Origin: Candidatus Zixiibacteriota bacterium
Lineage (GTDB): Bacteria > Zixibacteria > MSB-5A5 > WJJR01
Assembly (NCBI GenBank): GCA_036170655.1
Contig: JAVHPP010000022.1
Location: 1-20,279, forward strand
DNA length: 20,279 bases
Direction of reading: 5' to 3'
Shown: positions 1-7,734 of the stretch, one piece after another
Numbering within the stretch: the first letter of the stretch is position 1
Layout: the number at the start of each line of letters is the position of its first letter
Position numbers and translations under genes: made by a program
The notes under the pieces: model-generated
Databases searched by the model: none
Told to the model about the DNA's origin: nothing
Seen by the model: only the letters and a program-made list of their open reading frames with translations

Positions 1-938
1 CCGGCACGTGGGCCGTCATGCGTCGCCCCCCCGCGCGGGGGGCGTGGATTGAAACCTCGGTGCCACCGCCAACCAGAGCGTATCACACCTGTCGCCCCCC
101 CGCGCGGGGGGCGTGGATTGAAACACGTGGCAGAGGTCGGGCGGCGCTTTGTTTTGAGGTCGCCCCCCCGCGCGGGGGGCGTGGATTGAAACGTGCAGAC
201 GAACCCCCGGCACGTGGGCCGTCATGCGTCGCCCCCCCGCGCGGGGGGCGTGGATTGAAACCTCGGTGCCACCGCCAACCAGAGCGTATCACACCTGTCG
301 CCCCCCCGCGCGGGGGGCGTGGATTGAAACGTGCAGACGAACCCCCGGCACGTGGGCCGTCATGCGTCGCCCCCCCGCGCGGGGGGCGTGGATTGAAACA
401 CAACAGCAAAGTTGATAGAATGTATGACAGCAGGTCGCCCCCCCGCGCGGGGGGCGTGGATTGAAACTTTGCTGCCATTGTGTTGTTCCCTTCTGTTGTG
501 GGTCGCCCCCCCGCGCGGGGGGCGTGGATTGAAACGCCACCAGCGGCATATAAGGCCGCTGCCCCAGAAGTCGCCCCCCCGCGCGGGGGGCGTGGATTGA
601 AACAAGAAAGCGATCAGGGGGTTGCAAGCATATCGGGTCGCCCCCCCGCGCGGGGGGCGTGGATTGAAACGGTCGGCGTGTAATCACAGTCTGAGTCATG
701 TCCCGTCGCCCCCCCGCGCGGGGGGCGTGGATTGAAACGGAGTCGGCGGGTTCGCGGGTCGCGGCGTGGTCGGTCGCCCCCCCGCGCGGGGGGCGTGGAT
801 TGAAACTAGAATATCACTGTGACTGTCGCTATGGTCGGAAGGTCGCCCCCCCGCGCGGGGGGCGTGGATTGAAACGCGAACTATGCGAACTCTGAACAAC
901 AAATACAGAGTCGCCCCCACGCGCGTGGGGGTGAACCG
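1..938 (+). CRISPR. CRISPR array, type I-C-like repeat, trailer end; truncated by the left window edge
   Basis: 13 identical 34-bp repeats GTCGCCCCCCCGCGCGGGGGGCGTGGATTGAAAC starting at 22, 91, 159, 228, 297, 366, 434, 502, 570, 637, 705, 773 and 842, with 33-35 bp spacers and a divergent terminal repeat at 910-938. The GTCGC start, hairpin and TGGATTGAAAC end are typical of I-C repeats and imply + strand transcription with the leader left of the window. No cas genes are in the window. Confidence 0.97.
910..938 (+). repeat. Terminal CRISPR repeat with type I-E architecture (29 bp)
   Basis: GTCGCCCCCACGCGCGTGGGGGTGAACCG: 29 bp, intact CCCCCAC/GTGGGGG stem, 4-nt loop and 8-nt 3' tail GTGAACCG, as in I-E repeats. 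Confidence 0.75.
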
Positions 939-1160
939 CCTCCCGCAAGGTGACGAGGAAACGGTTGTCGTCTGACCCCCTCGGACCTGCCAGATCACCC
1001 GATTTTCACATGACTTCGACCGTCCTTCGCGTATTGCGATGACCGTCGGTTTTCAGCAAGCCCCCGTTACCCCGTGGCTGCAGACGCCATTCTGCGGGGG
1101 TTCCACCGGTAGAATTGCGATGCTTTTGTGCGTCCAGTTGTATATCTTCGGAAAGTGAAC

Positions 1161-3911
1161 ATGATTGGCAAGATCATCTCCCACTACAAAATTCTCGAGC
1201 GTATCGGCGCCGGCGGCATGGGCGTGGTCTACAAGGCGGTGGACACTAAACTCGGGCGCTTGGTCGCCCTGAAGTTCCTGCCTCCCTACGCGATGGACAG
1301 CGAGGAAGACCGCACCCGCTTTCTCAATGAGGCCCAAGCGGCGGCGGCGCTGGATCATCCCAATCTCTGCGTGATCCATGAGATCAGTGAAGCCGATGGC
1401 CACCAGTTCATCGCCATGGCTTTCATCGACGGACAGGGCCTGAAAGAGATCATTGCCGCCGGGCCTCTGCCGGTGGATAAGGCCGTGGACATCGCCCTGC
1501 AGATCGCCGCGGGGTTGGCATCGGCGCATGCGCATGACATCATCCATCGCGACATCAAACCGGCAAACATCATGGTCAGCAGGAACGGGGTCGTCAAAAT
1601 CGTCGACTTCGGGCTGGCCAAGTCGAGTATCTCGAAGAAGCTGACGCGGACTGGCAGCGCCATCGGCACGGCCGCATACATGTCACCGGAGCAGGCCCGG
1701 GGCGAGGTGGTGGACAAGCGGACCGACATCTGGTCGTTTGGCGCCGTGCTTTATGAGATGCTGGCCGGTCAGCCACCGTACTTCGGCCCGCATGAGGCCA
1801 TGGTTATCTACGCGATTATGAACGAGGATTTTCCACCGCTGAACCAAGTGCGTCAGGATATCCCCCCGAGTCTTCAGCATGTCGTCAGCCGCGCATTGAC
1901 CAAGGACCGGAATAACCGATACGCCGATGTCGGCGAAATGATTAACGACCTGCGTGGAGTCCTGGACGCATCGGCAACTCAGGTCCATGTGGTGCCTCCC
2001 CGGCCGCCGTCGCCGCGGCCTTCCCCGCCGGACCGGCAACGCAGTACCACCCAAGAACCGGCGATCAAATCCAAGAAGTACCTGATCGCTGGGGCCACCG
2101 GTGTAATCGCCTTGGCAGTCGTAGCTGGATGGTTATTCTTGCGGCGGCCGATGAATAGCGAAAGCCAGGTGGGCACGTCCCCTGCGGACATCAGTCCGGG
2201 GTCGGCGGCCCTCGAAACAACAGGATCGGCTCCGGCCACAACGCCCGAAACGAGTGCATCCACTCCAGCCGCAACACCCGAAACCACCCTGACGACCGCG
2301 GCCGCCGATACAGCCATGCCCATCGTCGCCATACTGCCCCTCAGCGAACGGGGCGGAGGCAAGGGGGACGATGTCTTTGCCATTGGCATGACCGAGGACA
2401 TCATCGCACATCTGTCCAACCTCCACGCACTGCGTGTGTTGTCACGTCACGAAGTGTTGCCATACCGCGGACGTTCGGGCAGCGCGCGCACCATCGGCAA
2501 GGCGCTGAACGCCGGGTATGTCATGGAAGGATCGGTCCGCCGTGATCAAAACCAGTTGCACCTGACCGTCCAACTCAACAAAGTCGAAGATGGTACCAGT
2601 GTCTGGACGCAGACCTTTGACCGGGATCTGAAAGACATATTCCAAGTTCAAGGCGAGATTGCACGAGCCATTGCTGGGGCATTGTCCATAGAACTGTCTC
2701 CCTCGGAGAAGAAGTCGCTGACGCAAACCTCGACGACCAGTCTGGATGCCTATGATCTCTGCCAGAAAGGCAGCCAGCTCAGCGATGAACGTTCGCTGGA
2801 CGACAATGCGCTGGCCGAAAAGGCGTTTCGCAAAGCCATTGCCTTGGACAAGAACTACGCACCGGCCGAGATCGGGCTGGCCCAGACCTATCTGCGGCGC
2901 ATTGACTGGGCGCTCGACGATGATCCCAAATGGCTTGACGAGGCTGAGTCTCTCTTGGACCAGGCCGCCAAAATCGACCCGACAGCCCCCGAGCTCTATC
3001 TGGGATACGCGACAATGGGTCGTCTCCGTGGCGCTTCCGCCAAAGGCGTTTCGGCGGCAAGACGCGCCGTCGCTGCCCGTCCCAATGATCACGAGACCCA
3101 TTATGTCCTTGCGGCGTGCCTGCTCTCGGACCGGAAATGGGATGAAGCCGGACTCGAACTTCAGAAAACCATTGCGCTTCGTCCCGAGTTCCCCGACGCC
3201 TACAGTCTGTGGGCGCGTTTGTATGCCTACGGCGGCAAACCAGACAGCGCGGACCAAGCCTATTCCAAGGCGATCGACTTGGCGCCGAACGCCACCCACA
3301 TTCATATGGAGGCAGCACGATTCTATCTGCAGCGCGGTCACTTCGCCCAGGCGGAATCGCAAGCCCGGCGTGCCATTGAACTTGCACCAAAGGCGTCATC
3401 GTCCACAGGTCTCCTCGGTGTCATCGAGTTGTACCAACGGAAGCTGTCAGCGTCGATCGATCACCTCAAGACCGTTGCCGATGAGACGCACGAAACCGCC
3501 TACCAGCGCCCGCTCGGTTGGGCATACCGCCTCAGTGGAAAACGTGGTCCCGCCGAAAAGGCGTTGCGGAATTGCCTGAAATCAGACAAGGAAAGACTCG
3601 ACGCCGATGCGACGAACACCGATGTCGCATATCTGTACCTCTGGGATCAAGTCCTATTGGACTCGGCGACGGCTTGCGAGTCCGAGCTGACCCGCTTGGC
3701 GAAGAAGCCTCTCCGGACAGCCGACCCGTCCTTTCGCGCCTACCAGACTGCCGCCATCTGGGCAGCGGCAGGCAAGAGCGACCGCGCCGTTGCCTCAATC
3801 CGTGAGGTCCTGAAGTATAACGTGCTGTCCCCAATCTACGTGGCCGCCGACCCGGCCTTCGAGAACTTGAAGAGCGTTCCCCAATTCAAGAAGCTGACCG
3901 GCTTGAAATAA
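1161..3911 (+). CDS. Hanks-type Ser/Thr protein kinase with TM helix, TolB-N/FlgO-like domain and TPR repeats
   Basis: Kinase motifs IGAGGMGVVY, VALK, HRDIKPAN, DFGLA, YMSPEQ and DIWSFG. Hydrophobic segment YLIAGATGVIALAVVAGWLFL, T/A/P-rich linker, IVAILPL...GMTEDII...LRVLSR domain, then helical TPR-like repeats. ATG 1161 (MIGKIISHY) is preferred over the upstream GTG. Confidence 0.93.
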   Translation: MIGKIISHYKILERIGAGGMGVVYKAVDTKLGRLVALKFLPPYAMDSEEDRTRFLNEAQAAAALDHPNLCVIHEISEADGHQFIAMAFIDGQGLKEIIAAGPLPVDKAVDIALQIAAGLASAHAHDIIHRDIKPANIMVSRNGVVKIVDFGLAKSSISKKLTRTGSAIGTAAYMSPEQARGEVVDKRTDIWSFGAVLYEMLAGQPPYFGPHEAMVIYAIMNEDFPPLNQVRQDIPPSLQHVVSRALTKDRNNRYADVGEMINDLRGVLDASATQVHVVPPRPPSPRPSPPDRQRSTTQEPAIKSKKYLIAGATGVIALAVVAGWLFLRRPMNSESQVGTSPADISPGSAALETTGSAPATTPETSASTPAATPETTLTTAAADTAMPIVAILPLSERGGGKGDDVFAIGMTEDIIAHLSNLHALRVLSRHEVLPYRGRSGSARTIGKALNAGYVMEGSVRRDQNQLHLTVQLNKVEDGTSVWTQTFDRDLKDIFQVQGEIARAIAGALSIELSPSEKKSLTQTSTTSLDAYDLCQKGSQLSDERSLDDNALAEKAFRKAIALDKNYAPAEIGLAQTYLRRIDWALDDDPKWLDEAESLLDQAAKIDPTAPELYLGYATMGRLRGASAKGVSAARRAVAARPNDHETHYVLAACLLSDRKWDEAGLELQKTIALRPEFPDAYSLWARLYAYGGKPDSADQAYSKAIDLAPNATHIHMEAARFYLQRGHFAQAESQARRAIELAPKASSSTGLLGVIELYQRKLSASIDHLKTVADETHETAYQRPLGWAYRLSGKRGPAEKALRNCLKSDKERLDADATNTDVAYLYLWDQVLLDSATACESELTRLAKKPLRTADPSFRAYQTAAIWAAAGKSDRAVASIREVLKYNVLSPIYVAADPAFENLKSVPQFKKLTGLK

Positions 3912-4229
3912 CCAGGTCTTGCTCTTGCGCCACTGACAGCATAGTCCATGCCGCCGCTCAGAGCCGACCACTTGGCTGAGCTAACATAGAATCTATGGCC
4001 AGATTCGGCCGATCCGCTCAATAAAATCCAGCATCCACTCTGCACCTATCGGATGACGCTGCGATGTTACTGCTCTATAGTCTGTTACACGCCGTCATGC
4101 ACGGCCCATTGATCGCCGTCTAATTGATTGATAAACTGGCCGTTAACAAATCTTGACCATACGTCGCCGATAAATCGATTCGAACGTATCCGACTTTTGG
4201 TCCCCTAAAGAAGAATGTTATGTCCCTAA

Positions 4230-4450
4230 CTTGTTATCCACAAACACACATTTGACGACCCGCACGCAATGGCCAAAAACGCTTGACTCGATCTGACAGA
4301 TTGAGCCACCGTCATACGGTTGAAGTTATTGGACCAAATGGCCTTATCGCTCCGCGTGGACAATGTTGATAAGTTTTCGTAATGTATTGGTGTAGCGTCG
4401 TTTTCGTCCCCCGAAACAGCTTTCGGGGGTGGGATTTTTGTGGATAAAGT
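4230..4450. promoter_or_regulatory. DnaA-box cluster upstream of dnaA (oriC part 1 and/or dnaA autoregulation)
   Basis: Perfect TTATCCACA at 4234-4242 and perfect TGTGGATAA at 4439-4447. Tandem near-consensus boxes CGTGGACAA (4355-4363) and TGTTGATAA (4364-4372). Locally lower GC. Confidence 0.85.
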
Positions 4451-4592
4451 GGGTGGTGACTGATCTGTCGTCAGTGACACCACACGTGAATGCCGTACCC
4501 ACGTTCCGGTCTTGACAGCGAACGACAAGGACAAGGCCCGGTGGCTGTCGCCATCCTGTCTGATGCCGTACTCGTTCTCAAAGGATAGATTT

Positions 4593-6125
4593 ATGACAAC
4601 TCTGACCACAGAAGTTTGGACTCCATGCTTGTCGTACATCGAAGAGCGCGTCAAGAGAGAAAGCTTCTATACATGGCTTAAGCCAACGGTAGCCATTGAA
4701 GCGCATGACCAAGTCCTGCTGATCGCGGCGCCGAACAAGTTCGTCGCCGACTGGATCAAAGAGCACTACTCCGAATTGATCAATCAGGCGCTTGGCTTTG
4801 TCACCGGACAAAACTGTTCACATGAGATGGTTGTGAATCCGAATGTGGCTGTCCCTCCTCGGGCCACCCTTGCACCACCGGGGACGGCTGTCGCTGGGAA
4901 CGGCAACGGGAATGGCAGCCATTCTCCCTCTGCGCCGTGCAGGGGATCCGGCGAACCTGCCCTGTCCTGCCCGGATTTCGTCTCGAAGACTCCCGCTCTT
5001 TCGGAGCGAGACGGGACCGAAGTCCTTTCCCCGATGCCAGTTGTGTCTTTCGTCAACGAACGGCAGGTTGTGCATGCGCGTGCTGCCGCGTTGCTGAACC
5101 CGCGATACACATTTGACAGCTTTGTTGTCGGGGAATCGAATGCCTTGGCGCACGCCGCCGCGCAGGCCGTTTCTCAAAAGCCCGGCAAGACCCACTTCAA
5201 CCCGCTTTGCATCTACGGAACCGTAGGCCTGGGGAAAACACATCTGGCACAGGCCATTGGCAATGGGCTTCTGGAAACCAACCCAAATGCCCGCGTCCTC
5301 TATGCTTCATCCGAGAAGTTCACGAACGACTTCATCTTCTCTCTGGCCAGGGGCACAACGGCTGAGTTTAGCGAGCGCTACCGTTCTCTGGACGTTTTGC
5401 TCATTGACGATATTCAGTTCTTCTCGGGCAAGGAGTCGACACAGGTGCAGTTTTTCCACACGTTTAACACCCTGCACCAGAACGGGAAGCAGATTGTCCT
5501 TACGGCCGACCGTGCGCCGCGTGAGATCAAGGGCCTGGAGGAACGGCTGCTGTCCCGTTTCCAGTGGGGACTGACGGTGGATATTCGCTCCCCCGACTTT
5601 GAGACACGCGTTGCGATCCTGCACAAAAAACTTGAGGGCGAGAAGGTCTCCATCCCCGATGATGTCGTGTCCTACGTCGCCCGCGCCGCCAACTCGAATA
5701 TCCGGGAGCTGGAGGGGGCCCTGATTCGTCTGATCGCGGTCTCCTCATTGGAGGGAGCAAAGATCACCCTGGAAACAGCACAGACTGTGCTGCGTGACAC
5801 TTTGTCTCCCAACCGGAGCCCGATCACGATGGCAGGTATTGTCAGTGTTGTCTCACAATTGTTCGGTGTACCCGCGGTACAGATTGTCTCGAAGAAACGG
5901 ACACAGGAAGTCGCCTTGAGTCGCCAAGTGGCAATGTATTTGGCACGCAGTCTCACCAGCCTTTCCCTCAAGTCGATCGGCGCTGAATTCGGTGGACGGG
6001 ACCATTCGACCGTCATCCACGCTGTGGGGGTAATCCGCGCCGCCATGCAAGGCGACTTGAATCTTAAATCACAGATTGATCAGGCGGTTGCGCTGCTCTA
6101 TAAAGGAAAGACTCTTCCCATATAG
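4593..6125 (+). CDS. dnaA: Chromosomal replication initiator DnaA
   Basis: Domain I (FYTWLKP...APNKFVADWI), LNPRYTFDSFVVG, Walker A GTVGLGKTHL, Walker B LLIDDIQF, LLSRFQWGL and domain IV RQVAMYL...FGGRDHSTV. AAGGA RBS precedes ATG 4593. Confidence 0.98.
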   Translation: MTTLTTEVWTPCLSYIEERVKRESFYTWLKPTVAIEAHDQVLLIAAPNKFVADWIKEHYSELINQALGFVTGQNCSHEMVVNPNVAVPPRATLAPPGTAVAGNGNGNGSHSPSAPCRGSGEPALSCPDFVSKTPALSERDGTEVLSPMPVVSFVNERQVVHARAAALLNPRYTFDSFVVGESNALAHAAAQAVSQKPGKTHFNPLCIYGTVGLGKTHLAQAIGNGLLETNPNARVLYASSEKFTNDFIFSLARGTTAEFSERYRSLDVLLIDDIQFFSGKESTQVQFFHTFNTLHQNGKQIVLTADRAPREIKGLEERLLSRFQWGLTVDIRSPDFETRVAILHKKLEGEKVSIPDDVVSYVARAANSNIRELEGALIRLIAVSSLEGAKITLETAQTVLRDTLSPNRSPITMAGIVSVVSQLFGVPAVQIVSKKRTQEVALSRQVAMYLARSLTSLSLKSIGAEFGGRDHSTVIHAVGVIRAAMQGDLNLKSQIDQAVALLYKGKTLPI

Positions 6126-6159
6126 AGCGGAGCACCCCCTTCTGGCCATACCGGAACCC

Positions 6160-6420
6160 CCCTCAACGGCTGTGAACATGCGGTCACTTTGGTGTTGACG
6201 GCTGTGGAAAAAAGAGGCTACCATCTCTTGTCTGTTGAGAGAAAAGAATCTTGACCGCAGTTACCAACAGATGACCCTGGGAATTGGAAACCGGTAATCA
6301 CCCGTAACGCAGCGAGATCGAGAAGGCGTGAGATTATCATCCCCAATTTCAACCCCTTGATTAGTATGAGTAAAGAGATATAGAAAGAAAAAAAGAAAGC
6401 ATTACTGTGTAGATAAGTCA
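6160..6420. promoter_or_regulatory. oriC part 2: degenerate DnaA boxes plus AT-rich unwinding element
   Basis: TGTGGAAAA (6203-6211), TTACCAACA (6261-6269) and TGTAGATAA (6408-6416). A-rich tract at about 6359-6400 with an NAN trinucleotide run (TAG AAA GAA AAA AAG AAA, 6381-6398) next to the last box. Lies between dnaA and dnaN. Confidence 0.75.
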
Positions 6421-6472
6421 TTCATAAGTGATGAATCCCGTCAATGGCGGGAGGAACGGAGACTCTGTTGCT

Positions 6473-7588
6473 ATGAAATTCACAGTCGATCGCGATGTCT
6501 TGGTGGAAAAGTTACAGACCGTTCTTTCGGTGGTTGCGACAAGGACAACGTTGCCGATTCTTGGGAATCTACTGCTGCATGCGGATGCGGAAAGACTGGA
6601 AATTGCGGCAACCGATCTGGACTTATTTGTGACATGTTCCATTCCCGCGAAGGTTTCAAAAGCGGGATCTTCCACGGTACCAGCGCGTCATTTTGCTGAA
6701 ATGGTCCGGGAATTACCCGAAGGGGATGTGGCAATCAATGTCACAAGCAACCGTATGGAGATTCGGGCCGGGCAGGGGATCTACCGGATTAGTGGTATGC
6801 CCGCGGACGATTTCCCGAAATTGCCGGCGCTCCCGGGCGCTGGGGAAGTTATGGTCCCAGGGGATCAATTGTCCGGGATGGTCCATCGCACCTCGTACGC
6901 CGTCTCGAACGACGATACACGCCCAGCGCTGAACGGCGTTCTCTGGGATACCAATGGAGATACCATGCACATGGTGGCGACAGATGGCCACCGATTGGCG
7001 CGCGTTAGTGTTGCCGCAGACCGCCTCCGGGGTCATCACGCAAGCATCATTATTCCGCCCAAGGCGCTCATGCTGGTGATCAAGATTCTCGGTGAATCGG
7101 GCGACGATGTTGGTGTAACCTTTGGTGAGAAGAATGTCATGTTTCATGTCGGCGACACTGTGGTTACTTCGCGGCTTATCGAAGGGCCATATCCAAATTA
7201 CACGCAGGTCATTCCGACCACGAATGATAAGCGGATGATCGTCGACAACGCGACACTGACGGATGGCGTGCGCCGTGTCGCTGTGCTCTCCAATTCACTG
7301 ACCCGTCAGGTTAAGTTCAGCCTCTCGAAGGGACGCTTGGAGTTGTCGACGACCAACCAGGATATCGGCGGTGAAGCAACAGAGACAGTCCCCTGCCAGT
7401 ACGACGGAGAGGATCTTGAGATCGGCTACAATGCCAATTACGTACTCGACATCCTGAAGAATCTCGATTTGGGCGATGTTGTGTTCGAACTGGCGACCTC
7501 CGTCTCAGCGGGTCTGGTCCATACAGCGGACGAGAAAAAGAAGGATGAATACCTCTGCCTGGTCATGCCCCTGCGCCTCGCAGATTAG
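6473..7588 (+). CDS. dnaN: DNA polymerase III beta sliding clamp
   Basis: MKFTVDR start, TLPILGNLL, ATDLD, RPALNGV, VATDGHRLA, SRLIEGPYPNY and C-terminal LVMPLRL. Directly follows dnaA. Confidence 0.98.
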   Translation: MKFTVDRDVLVEKLQTVLSVVATRTTLPILGNLLLHADAERLEIAATDLDLFVTCSIPAKVSKAGSSTVPARHFAEMVRELPEGDVAINVTSNRMEIRAGQGIYRISGMPADDFPKLPALPGAGEVMVPGDQLSGMVHRTSYAVSNDDTRPALNGVLWDTNGDTMHMVATDGHRLARVSVAADRLRGHHASIIIPPKALMLVIKILGESGDDVGVTFGEKNVMFHVGDTVVTSRLIEGPYPNYTQVIPTTNDKRMIVDNATLTDGVRRVAVLSNSLTRQVKFSLSKGRLELSTTNQDIGGEATETVPCQYDGEDLEIGYNANYVLDILKNLDLGDVVFELATSVSAGLVHTADEKKKDEYLCLVMPLRLAD

Positions 7589-7610
7589 GCTCCTCTCTCG
7601 CGTTTGATGC

Positions 7611-7633
7611 CGGCTAAGCCCATGGGTTAGCCG
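7611..7633. other. Hairpin downstream of dnaN
   Basis: CGGCTAAGCCCATGGGTTAGCCG, an imperfect palindrome with no clear U-tract. Confidence 0.35.
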
Positions 7634-7734
7634 TCCCGCCGGCTGCACGTCCCTCATCTTGCTTGTTCTATGAGGTCCGCCATTTCGTGGAATAAACACG
7701 CTTTCCGGTTGTAGTCCACTGGGAGGAAGTTGCC

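Noticed and set aside
16..998. Multiple 60-150 aa ORFs over the CRISPR array
   Set aside because: They are translations of repeats and spacers (recurring PPARGG / VAPPRGG), not genes.
971..1000. Second degenerate I-E repeat 32 nt after the terminal repeat
   Set aside because: Only a short C-run resembles the repeat, with no stem and no AACCG end.
4091..4100. GCCGTCATGC matches the 3' end of spacer A (possible self-target near oriC)
   Set aside because: Only 10 bp and the flanks do not match, compatible with chance. No full protospacer was noticed in the window by eye.
6127..6137. GCGGAGCACCC after the dnaA stop, matching part of the GTAG REP
   Set aside because: Only 11 bp, with no palindrome partner or GTAG end.
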